64,000 bases of DNA. Source: Camelus ferus. Taxonomy: Eukaryota. The notes under the pieces are model-generated. The model was not told the DNA's origin and did not search any database. It saw nothing but the letters and a program-made list of their open reading frames with translations. The DNA lies in the NCBI RefSeq assembly GCF_009834535.1, contig NC_045697.1, forward strand, positions 104,038,001 through 104,102,000, written 5' to 3'. Below are positions 47,901 through 59,289 of this stretch, one piece after another (position 1 is the stretch's first letter; the number at the start of each line of letters is the position of its first letter). The position numbers and the translations under genes were made by a program.

Positions 47901-49179
47901 GAGGGAAAAGAAAAAAGGAAAAAGAAAAAAAGAAAGAAGTTGCTCCACTTAAGAAAACAGCACACAAATCTAAAGTTTGCAATATAATAAGGGTGAAGGC
48001 AAGTTTGAAATAAAATAATATTTCACAAATAAAGTATGACTGTTTAAATCTGACATTAATTAGACAAGGTGTTAATTATGTCCAAAGATGCTCCGATATT
48101 GTTCAGGTAATTTAAAATGTCACAATCTAAGATGCACGGGCTGGCCTGCTTTAGCTCCACGCATCAGCAGTTCTGAAAGTAGATAATTATTTCCTTTTCT
48201 ATCAACTTGTACATTTGCCAGTAAAAATAATGCTACAGAAACAATTGCATGAAAATAATTTGACAGGTCCATAAAGCCTATTTCTTCAGCAGCACTGGTA
48301 TAAGTCATAAGCATATTTAGTTGTAAACTGTGCAGATTTGTTGAAGAATTTAAGGCAATATTCCACTTTGGTTTAAAACAACAACCTAAAGGAACAATAA
48401 AGCTTTATGTATATTGTATTACATTTTAATCTGGAGCTACTGGACATCTTTGGCAGTAAGTTACTGTTCTGTACAATGTAGACATAAAATCTGCTAGAAG
48501 CAATATTGAACAGCAGCAAAATGAGAAAAATGTTATGGCCCTTTTGTAAAAACAAAGACATTGCTTTCCATTTCCGTTTAACTGCAAACAATTTATATTA
48601 TCTTTAGGTTTTTACATTCAATTATGATAATTATAACGGCACTATACATGCGGAAATATTAAGGGCTTGTCATACTTCCCAATGGAAACTATCACTTTCA
48701 GAGGTTTGCCTCTCGTCAGGGGAGACTTGTTCAGTACTATCACCCACTGCACACCACTGCAAAATGGAATGCCGGAAAACAGATTTTGTTTCTGTAACTC
48801 AGGAGCATCCCTAATGAACTGGGGAGAAAATGTGCCTGTACCTTTTGAGCAGCTACTTTGGGACACTTAGAAGAAATTTAAGGTGCTATTTACAAAATGA
48901 AATCCTTCATTATTTTGAGCAAAGATTTCAGATGGACATTATAGGAACGCTACTCTTATTCTGTTAAAGAGGATAGGTCACTAAACGAGACAATGAAAAG
49001 GATCATAGGAAGACAGGAAGGCAGGTGTGGGGAAAACTCACCAAGGGCTTTATCCCCAGTGTTGGCAATACTAGTAAGTTAATTTTTAAATTCCAGAAAA
49101 TTTTCCTGGACCTCTAAAATATTCTGGAAGGGCTGTTATTAATTGCCATTGTTTTAAAAAATTTCACATCATTTATCTT

Positions 49180-49297
49180 TTAATTTGGTTTATTTATTTA
49201 TTTTATTATTATCTTTTTTAACAGAGGTACTGGGGATTGAACCCAGGACCTCCTGCATGCTAAGCAGACACTCTACCACTGAGCTATACCCTCCCCC
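49180..49297 (-). mobile_element. Vic-1-type camelid SINE
   Basis: Antisense GAGGTACTGGGGATTGAACCCAGGACCTCCTGCATGCTAAGCAGACACTCTACCACTGAGCTATACCC preceded by a TTTA-rich tract. Confidence 0.9.
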
Positions 49298-50499
49298 TCT
49301 AATTGTTGTTGTTTCTGATTTTCAATAGCTGAATTGTGGTCAGTGATGGAAACGGTGCCCAGACTTGACTGCTCCGTGTCATAATAAACCTCAGACAGTA
49401 GTTTCCCTCCAAGTGTTTTCTGAGGATTAAGCATGAGTCAGCTTTGCTCTTAAGTGTTCATAATTGGCAGTATCAAAATTACTCAAATAATTTTCAAAAA
49501 GGTAAAACACTTGTATAATGTATAAAAAATAGGAAATTAATACTAGCCATTAAAAAGCTTATAGAGCTTTCCACCTCATCTTAAAATAATAAGTAAAAAG
49601 TGTTGACAAGCATAAAAATCTGAGGAGAAATAAAGTCAATACTGACATTAGATCAACTAATGAATTATATTGCTCTGGACTTAATCAATAACGTAGTTCT
49701 TGCTTTAAGTATACATTGCTCATGATTTTAAATAGACCACGTTCTGACTGTATATCCTGTATGTTTATATGAGCAAAGAGGAAGGTGTAGAGCATATATA
49801 CCGAAATACTAGTATTGCTCCTCTTATCAAGGAAGATGGAGGTAAATGTGAAGGGTATTAATTTTCCCTTATACATCATTGTTTTGATTGATAATAAGCA
49901 GATGATAATTTTGAATATTAAAAAACCTAACTTTTGAATATTAAAAAACTGTTTGAATATAAAAAACCTAGCCAGAAAGAGAAAGAAAAATGACATATGA
50001 TATCACCTATACGGGGAACCTCAACAAAAAGGATACAAATGAACTACTTATTATTTATAACTTAGATGATTGATTTTTTTGAATATGTGTAAGCACATTT
50101 GACTGTCCTTTACGATTGGATTACTGCATTTTGTTGATTCTTATTTTGTGGTTGGCTTTATTCCTTTGATAACTTTGTAAGTTTAAAAAGCTAAAGCTCT
50201 AAACTGTTCTTAGAAACAATGAAGAGTACATATATGTAAATTTTTTTAAATGTGCAGTATATTGTATATACGTATTTACATGCAATATATTGTATATGTG
50301 CAGTCAAATGGAATCAATTTTACTTAATAAAACTGAAAAATGAAAAAAAACCCTAACTAACTGTAAGTAATCATTTTAGGTGAGTATAGGGTGAGAAAAA
50401 TAATATTAGTGGAGTACTTACTATGTGCCTGGAATGACAGTAGCTGATATATATACACATGTATAGATATATATATGAATTTATGTTTTATTCAAAAAG

Positions 50500-50830
50500 T
50501 TTTATTTTTATTGAGGTATAGTTGATTTATAATATTACATTAGTTTCAGTTCAAAATAATTCAAAATTTTTGTAGATAATTTATATAGTACAGTACAGAT
50601 AATAGGCTGTATTTTCTGTGTTATACAATATATCCTTGTGGCTTATTTATTCTATATATAGTAGTTTGTACCTCTTCATCCCCTACCCCTATCTTGCCCC
50701 TCCCTGCTTCCATCTCCCCACTGGTAACCACTACTTTGTTCTCTGTATCTGTGAGTCTGTTTCTGTTTTGTTATCTTCATTCGTTGGTTTTATTTTTTTT
50801 TCAATTCCACATATAAGTGATAATGGTATC
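50500..50830 (-). mobile_element. L1 3'UTR fragment inserted in a MIR
   Basis: Antisense TTGAGGTATAGTTGATTT...GGTAACCAC...CTGTGAGTCTGTTTCTG...TTCCACATATAAGTGA. MIR pieces at ~50405-50450 and ~50830-50930. Confidence 0.85.
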
Positions 50831-52948
50831 TGCATTTTAGGGATGAAGAAAATGAGCCTTAGGGATTCTCTTGCCTAAATTCACATACCAAGTAGGTGGC
50901 AGAGCTGATGCCTAAAGCTCGTGATGGCTTTACTTGGTCAAAGTGTGACCCCTTTTGGAAACTGTCCAAAGTTTGACTTAAAGGTAGAGACCAAGGTTGA
51001 ACCTCAAACACCATGATGTAACTGGACCATTCCCACCCTTCCTTTGAGAAACAAGGAGAAGCAAGCCAACCTCAGGGTGTGGCTGTAAGGGGCATTCAAA
51101 CAGCTGTAGGGGAACCCTGCGGTGTGCCTGGGGCTTTGTGGATGCTCAGTAACTCTTCATGCTGTTTTATCTTTTTTTTTTTTTTTTAGGTTTGCCATTT
51201 GGAGCCATATCTGGATGGGCCTGTTATATGGAATGCTTCAAAGCTGAAATAATATGGAACAGTGTCATTTATTCAAATTTAAAGACACTAGTTTTAAGAC
51301 ACTAGTTGGAAACAGCACCCTTCATCCAGCATTCACCCAACAGCCCTGTCACTCTCGGTCAGTGGTACCTCTGAGGAGCTATTTCTGGGGAGGTGCCTCT
51401 TCTCAGAGAGTCAGAGGAAACACTGCCTCCAGAACAGTTTATTCAGTGGGGCAAGAACTGCAGGCTCAGGGTAGCGATTCAAGATCTCCTTGCAAAGCTT
51501 TGAAAAACAGAAACCTGCTGCAGAGCAGGCACCTCTGAACGAGACTTCCTCTCCCTGCTACTCGTTAAGCAGTAAATAATTAAAACACCCTGAAAAAGAC
51601 AGGTAAAATACAAGCAGCCATGTCAGTAACACAGACATGAAAGAGAAGGGGAAGAAAATGAATTTTAAAAAAAGGCCAGGAAATAATTCATTTGAAGCTC
51701 TAATAAAGTTTCATTTGCAGTCTTGTTTAAAGATATATCAGACTTTAGGGATGTAACCTAATTACATTTTTATTCTAAGTTCCATTCAAAGATCTTGGAC
51801 TTTGATTCTTTTACACAGATCAAACATGGAATAATTTTCTTGTGGCTATCAATACTTAAAAAGGATCTCTTCATTAAATACTATAAGGTCTTAGGAACGT
51901 GTACACATAGTAGATGGAGAATAAACTGACATGCCCTGAAAAGTGACAATTAATTTATGTCGAAATAGCAATGCTAATTCACTTAACTTCTGGAAAAAAA
52001 GAACAAAACCTTTTTAACTATTACATCCGCTTTCATTCAGATAGAAAGTGACTCAGTTTCTAATACTGATCAAATCGGATGCACCTTAGAAAATGTATGC
52101 TGGTGCCCACTTTTAAATCCATTCTTGGAAATTTACCCAGAAAAATGAAGTAATGGAAGGAGGAAGCCTTGAAATCATGCAGAGATTCAAGGGGAGATGC
52201 TTTCAACAAACCTACAGTCAGCCCCAGAGCCTTAGTGATGGGTGGATGTGTTACAGTAATTAGTGTTCATACTTAGAAACTTTCTGGATTGGCTTTATTT
52301 TATATTGTTACTAAGAAACCTGAATGGAATAATATGTTTTCTCTTCAGAGAATCTTTTTGAAAAGTTTCCTTCAAACGGATTTCTAAGATGCTAAATTAG
52401 AAGCAGTTTAGAAGTGGGTGGCAACAAACAAATAGGATTTTTTTTTTTTTTTGACTATTAAGAGAAAAAAAAAACTGTTCCCAGTGAATGGGGAGAGTTG
52501 TACTAGAGGTGAGAGTAGGCAGAGCAAAGTCACTTGGCCTTAAAGAGTCCAGTATGAACTCCAGGGTCATGATTCAGCAGCAAACGTTGGAAAGGCTTTG
52601 TTGGGGCTGTTTTTTGTTTGTTTTCCCCCCTTCAGAATAGCCACAGTGTCCACCAGTGAATCTGTTTTCAAGGATAAACACTGCATGTGATGTCCTTTGG
52701 CCGTTCCAGTGCTATTTTTTCTTGCAGTGGTCTGTATGTAAGGAGGCTTCGTGGTTACAAATTTTAAAATATGATAGTAATTTAAATAGAAAATAAAGGT
52801 CGTTTAAAACCAAAAATAACCATATTATGCTTGTCAAAATCTATTAACAGCAAATAACAAAGATGTTATTGTCTTACCACTGTTTGATACATGAATAAAA
52901 CACTAGGTTTAGAAAGACAAAAGAAAAATTTAAATTTTTGTTATATTT

Positions 52949-53060
52949 AAGATGACCAATTCCTCCCAGTTTGCCAAGACTTCTTTTTGTTCCTATCCCA
53001 TAAGTCTTGAGTCCCAGGAACTCCCTCAGACTCAGGCAAATTGGGGTGACTGGTCACCCT
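52949..53060. mobile_element. MER81 (hAT-Blackjack) MITE
   Basis: Terminal inverted repeats AAGATGACCA... and ...TGGTCACCCT, internal GTCCCAGGAACTCCCTCAG, about 112 bp. Confidence 0.8.
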
Positions 53061-53259
53061 AATCCTGACCCAAAATACAAACGAATTCTGAAAATATAAT
53101 TGAGTAAATTACGTAAGTGGTATTTAGCAAAAGTATAATGCAATATAGGCTTTACGTATTTTATGGGCCAAAGTATTACATCAGCATGAATGAAGCACTC
53201 CATGGAAAAATCTGAACAATTACTGACAATGACATTAGTCAATCAATCAAAATGTTTTT

Positions 53260-53960
53260 GTTTTGGTCAAGTATCATTCTACTCCTTTTCTACCCATGTA
53301 TATCTTTTAGACAATTATAAAGAGATTACTATAATTATTTTGTTTATCTAAATTGTTTTATTAGAATTATCTTCCATATTAAATATTTTCATAACTTTAA
53401 ATATTTATCATTAGCATTATAAAAGGCTGCATAATATTTCTTTGGGGGGGAATGTATACTTTAATCATATGTCTAGTGCTTGGATATTTAGATTATTTCT
53501 CCATTATAAATAATGCTTCAATTAACACCTTAATGTATTTTTCTATATTTAAATTATTTTTAATTTCTAGAAGTGAAATTAATAGATAAAAATGTATGAG
53601 ATGTTTTGTCATTGCTGTGCATTGCCGTGTTACTTTCCAAAACTATTTAAATGATTCACATTATTACCAGCAATACACAGAAGCATTATTTTAAAGAACC
53701 AAGATTGTTTTGTTTTTGTATTTTAGGAAGTTTGAATGGTATTTCACAATTATTCAAATTGATTTTTTTTAGAGAAGTTAGTTATTTTCCTAGATATTTA
53801 TTACATAACACTTTTCCTTTTTTGGCAAATTATCTGTTTGTATCCTTTTTCTATTAATTACAGTGGTCTTAACATTTTCCTTCCCAATTGATGTATGCTT
53901 TACATAGAATACAGCTACTAATTCTTTATAGCATGTGTTATTTATACAAAGTTGTTTTTT
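53260..53960 (-). mobile_element. Ancient L1ME-like fragment
   Basis: Antisense motifs GGCTGCATAATATTTC, GGATATTTAGATTATTTC, CTAGAAGTGAAATT, ACTTTCCAAAA, TTACCAGCAATA. Confidence 0.6.
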
Positions 53961-56900
53961 TCTCCTTTCTCCGATCCCCTGCCCTATATCTGACTACTGC
54001 CTCTTCTGCTGTCATGTCTAGAAGTCATCCTTTCCATCTATTCAGCCAGCAGACCAGCCCACTCTCCCTCCCAGTCTTAGTGCCTCCTACATCTTCCCCT
54101 GCTTCTAGGTTATCCCACCCACAATTATTGGACAGCCTGACTCATACATGGATTTCATGGCATGAAGAAAAGCCCCGTTATAAAGGCACCCAAGGCTGCC
54201 TGTCCCCAGCGCATTCAGTTGGCTAATCATTTTCTCTTCCATCTTCTTTTCCATGTTGGCAAGGCCCTGTCTATAGTATTAGCCTTCACAGAGATAGTTT
54301 TCTTAGAGAACCATCCTTTATGTGCATAATCTGGAGGGGCTAAAAGGGGAGTGGAGATTAAGTCATGAGGGGGTCACGTCACCAGTAAGCCCTGATGGAA
54401 TGGGATTCTTACTGTGCATTACATGGGAATCTCAGGGGGATGGGGATGGGGGAAGGACCATGGAGGCAATGGTTGGACAAGTTAGGCAAATGACAGAGGA
54501 CACAGAAAAGAAGATACCATGTTTTGTTATTCACAGTTTTGTCAGGACCAGTTTTATTTCAGAAGCCTTTTCTTGTCACAATTTAAATAAAAATAAATCA
54601 AGGAAAAATAAACCCAGAAGGTCAACCTTGTGAGGCGTTGGCTGACCAAACCTTTGTATAGGGAGGTAGCATTGGGTACTGGGGAGGACACTGAATCTAA
54701 GATCTGAAGACACAGGGTCGCATCTTAGTCTTGACATGCTTTAGTTGATATTTAACCTCTCAGAATTCCTTTTTTCTGGAATAATATCACCTACCTCATT
54801 CATGAGGAAAAGCACTGTATGTATATAAATTTATACTATGAATATTTTTGTATACGTGGCTGCCATTACGTACGTTGCAGATACATCTGATTTGTTCTAC
54901 GTCTGTCTAAATGGCAGCTGAATCAGTGTGTAGGGCCATGTACCTATAGAGATAGTCCATGTGTATTTGTGCTGAGTGTGACACAGAGAGGGGAAAGGGA
55001 GCTGATGTGGACGTGGAATTTTGGATCCAAGTCTTGCACCTGCTACTAACAAACTATGTGGCCACGGCAAAATCCTTTCATTACTCTGTTTCAGCTTAGG
55101 GTCTGGACTAGATGGCTTCTAAGACCCAAAACAGCTCTAAAATTCATTCATCTAAAAGAACTAAACAACAAATTCTCAGCTCATTTTTAAACAACTGAGA
55201 ACTATTTCACAATTTGCTAAATCCTTATCTACCTGTTCATCCATAGGAAGGAGTTTTTTCTGACCCTTAGTGACATGCTTACAGCATCCCTTCTTGAATG
55301 TCAACTGTAGGAATCAGGAACACATAATATTAATCATGAGAGAACAATTTTCCTCTTCTAGTTCCCACCCAAGCTACTACCCTTTAAAGGGTTTCCTCAT
55401 TTGTAAGCAGCAGCCCAGCCTCCGTGTGAAACAGCAGGGACAAGCAGAAAAAGCGTTCGAGCTCTTGAGACCAAAAGAATATGTATCTACTAAACACCTA
55501 CTGCGCACACAAAAGTGATCCTACCACTTGGAAAGGCGGCAGGGATGTTATTCACGGAGTAAGGTCTCCCCTCTCCCAATATGTTTAATGTTCTGAATGA
55601 AAAGTAAAGAAGTTGCTAGTTTTTAAGGATTGATCTTTCAGTAGCCATTTAAGCGACCATAGAAATCAGAGCTGGAAGTGGACTCAGAGCACAGAACATC
55701 TGCTCCCACTCCTTCATTTTAGAGACAAGGAGAACAAGAGCTATAACGATTAAATAAATTACCCAGATACACATAGTTACCTAGCAAATGGCAGTGTCAA
55801 GAGAGAATCTAAGTTTATTGCCCAACCTGACGGTTTTTCCTCTGCTAGACTTCATCTCTAGCCCGATGTTCAAATGCCGTTAGGTTAAGTATGCCGACCA
55901 AGATAGTCATCCAATGTCTATTAACCATCACTAATTTAACCCTTGTGTACAAATGTGCAGGCTTCCAATTTCATCTTGATTAAAGATTGTGTCCTATATG
56001 CCTAATATCCCTGAAGATCTGGGTTTCCCTTGCTATCCGAAAAAAACCAATCAATAATTAACATTTCCCCCTACTTTTTTACATCATTAATAATGTGATT
56101 GGATCTATAATACTTCTGTAACCTTCACCATTATTTTTTACTAACTGGAAAAACTTCTATCCTTTTTAATACTTTTGAATTCAATAAAATCTTAAAAATT
56201 AGCTAGTCACCCCCTTCCCCACCCAGTTAAAAAATAAAACATTACACAAGGTAACCAATTCTTTTAGTGTGGAATGACAAATGATGCAAAATAAGTCTCT
56301 GGCCATCCCACAACATTGGTGCCCTTCTCTGGGGCCCAGGCAGCTGAGATTTTGTGTATTTGATGGGTTTTTAAATCCTCTCAACAGCGTTTACATCTCT
56401 ATTAATTTTTAATAAAATGAAAGAGAAAATAAAATACCACACTAAAAACTGATATATCCTTTGCATTTCTCTTAGTTATTAAAGCTGTTTTTCTAATAAG
56501 CTGGCAAACATTATTCCATGACAAACAAGTAATTACCATGAAATTCCTATCAATTCTGATGTGGCATCTTTGATGATATTAAAATCTTTGATGACACTGT
56601 TGTATTTTAATCTTTTTTTTTTTTGAGAACTGAATACTGTGATGACAAACTTCATTTCAAATGCTGAGGCATACAAATATTCACCAAATGAAGTCATATT
56701 TATAATGGAATAGAGAATAAGGTAAAAAGCCAAAACTCTTGGAAGAGATTGTTTCCATGAGATATTAAGGACTTCTTAAAAAAATGTCCTTGTATTATTT
56801 TAGATAGTATTCAGTTGATCACCACCCACGATACACGTTCTGACTTTAAAATGAAAGAACATTACATTCTTTACATGTCAAGTCATATCACACCACCATT

Positions 56901-56989
56901 AGTATATTCCTTTATTTTTTTCCTGGAATAACATCTCTCTCTTCTTTTTTTTTTTAAGTTAAGAACAATCACTGACACCATATTGAATA

Positions 56990-57364
56990 TTCTGCTGGTT
57001 TCCTGAGGCTGCCATAACAAAGAACCACAAACTGGGTGGCTTGAACAACAGAATCTATTCTCTCACAGTCCTGGAGGTCGAAGTCCAAAATCAAGGTGTG
57101 GGTTGACAGGCTGCTCCTTGGCTTGTAGTTGGTGTTCTCCCTATGTCTTCACATCATCTTCCCTCGGTATATGTCTATCTTTATGCCCAAATGTCCCCTT
57201 AGGTAAGGACATCAGTCATACTGGATTAGGGCCCACCCTAAAAACCTCATCTTAACTTGATCATCTGCAAAAACCCTATTTCCAAATAAGGTCACATTCA
57301 CCGGTCCTGGAGATTAAGAATTCAGTATCTTTTGGGGGGAGGATCTACAATTTAACCCATAACA
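56990..57364 (-). mobile_element. MLT1A/B-like MaLR solo LTR
   Basis: GGCTGCCATAACAAAGAACCACAAACTGGGTGGCTT...AAGTCCAAAATCAAGGTG...GGATTAGGGCCCACCCTA...CCAAATAAGGTCACATTC...AACCCATAACA. Confidence 0.88.
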
Positions 57365-58387
57365 AATATGATTGAAAACTTTCTCTCAAATGATAAAGTA
57401 AAAAGTACCAGCATCATATACAATACTTGTCCTGTCTTAGCTGTGTAGTTGCTAAGCGCTGTCAGCACTAACCCTGGAGAAGCAAAGCAAAGCGGTGCAG
57501 CATGTGTGACTCCAAGGTAAGAGACCACCAGGTGGATGGAGAATGACTTACCCACCAAGCACAGAGGTAACTAGAATCCCAGACACAGTTCCAAGTGAGG
57601 TGCCTGGGGGAGCTCAAGTCTGAGGCAAATCTGAGCGCAAAGCAGAGAGGAGACAGGGTGGAGTTTGGAGGTTTCCTCTACTTTCTGAAGGATCTGTTGA
57701 GAGAGGCATCCAACAAAGGATGGGTTCTCATGGTCTAGCAGATGATGGATGTGCAAATATGGAGTATACATAGAGAGATACAGAGGGAAACTGAGAGGAA
57801 AGACACCAGACTGATGATAGCAATGATGAAAACGGTCTTAGAAGCTTATCAGGCAAACTTTGGGATGGATGGATGGAGCAGAGCCAGAAACTCTACCCTA
57901 AAATGTGTTGAGGCTCAACTGTGTGTCCTGATAATTCTAAATCGTGCTGCCAGTAATTTTTTATAACAACAACCAAAGTTTTTAAATGGTTTATTTTATT
58001 TTTTTTACGTATAATGATGATTTGCTATTAGTCATTTTAAAAAATATTACTCATCTGAATTCCAATGTGCTTTGTAGGCAGGAGAGAAAGGCTGTGGAAC
58101 TTCAGGTAGCAGATGACCCTCAGCCTATTTGACTTTGACTGCAGCCCATAATCAGTAATGGTATTATTATTACTGCTTTGGGGGCAGGAGGTGTGTTTGT
58201 GTGTGTGTTTGTGTGTGTGGGTGTGTGTTGAGATCTCAGTATTCTCATGAGCATGCTGTCTAAGTCAATATAAACAATCATATTTGCTGCTGTGAGAAAA
58301 CAGGTTGAGAACGGCAACCATCTGCAGAGCATAAAGACCCTAAGTCTGGGGCAGCTGGAAGATAAAAATAAAAGGATATAGAAGCCA

Positions 58388-58475
58388 GGGGGGTGGGTAT
58401 ATAGCTCAGTGGTAGAGCGCATGCTTGGCATGTAGGAGGTCCTGAGTTCAATTCCCAGTACCTTCATTAAAAAAG
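58388..58475 (+). mobile_element. Short Vic-1-type SINE or tRNA-Ala retrocopy (head only) with TSD
   Basis: GGGTATATAGCTCAGTGGTAGAGCGCATGCTTGGCATGTAGGAGGTCCTGAGTTCAATTCCCAGTACCTTCA then an A-tail. TSD AAAAGGATA(T/C)A(G/A)AAGCC at 58370-58386 and 58476-58492. Confidence 0.88.
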
Positions 58476-59289
58476 AAAAGGATACAAAAGCCCATGAATA
58501 TTAGGTGGTGAGCAATGGGTCCAGGGTTTTCTTATTTAGTAGATACACTGACATGGTTTGAAGCCACCAAATGTCCCTACAGGCAAAGCAATACTGCCGC
58601 ACAGAGCACGAGCATCTGTGTGCTCAGGATGGGGATGGGACAGGCAGCACATCTACCTAAAGCTGCTCTTCAGCAAGGGAAGCCGGTTCTGGGGATGTCC
58701 ACGGATACTGAGATGCTTCTAGTTGTATGAATGACCTGAGATAATAGTTCAAGTGGGACTGGGCGACAGAGATACTTTCAGGATAGATTACCTTCAGGGA
58801 TGGCACATCAGACATCCCTGACTTCTCAGATAAGGCATCTAAAGAATCTGTTAAATCTGTTAAACACTTTCATTTGACAAGTTTCTGAGGTGTCTGTGAG
58901 CAGTTTTCAGTGCTGACAACCACATCTCCTACATCTGTGCTTGTGATTCTTTGCTTTCATGGTTGGTTCTCCGTCCACACTGAGTTACTGAGTTAGCCGG
59001 GTGGGAACTTCCAAGAGACTTCAGTGAGGGGGATTAGGAGTCCAGAACTGAGTCAGAGAGCTCAAGTTTTGGATCCCAGCTCCAAGACCCATGATCGGTA
59101 GTGACCAGTGACCAGCCTTTCAGTATCTAGGCAGCTACGATGAATTCTGGGAGATAATAGAGTTTGATCTGAACAAATAGAAGCTCTGCTCCCCAACTAG
59201 CCTTAGTGATTAATTATGATCTGTCTTATTGTGTTTTTTCTGAAGTGGTTCTGAACTTGGAGCAGGAAGAAGATATTTATCTTTAACTA

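Noticed and set aside
57430..57970. Possible additional old MaLR LTR; faint hAT-like remnants at ~40150-40220, ~44610-44675 and ~56300-56350
   Set aside because: Similarity too weak to call by eye; needs a Dfam search.
58392..58466. Apparent tRNA-Ala gene (also 9580-9646, 31215-31282, 49224-49292)
   Set aside because: Stem and anticodon-arm mismatches, A-rich tails and TSDs show these are SINE retrocopies, not tRNA genes.
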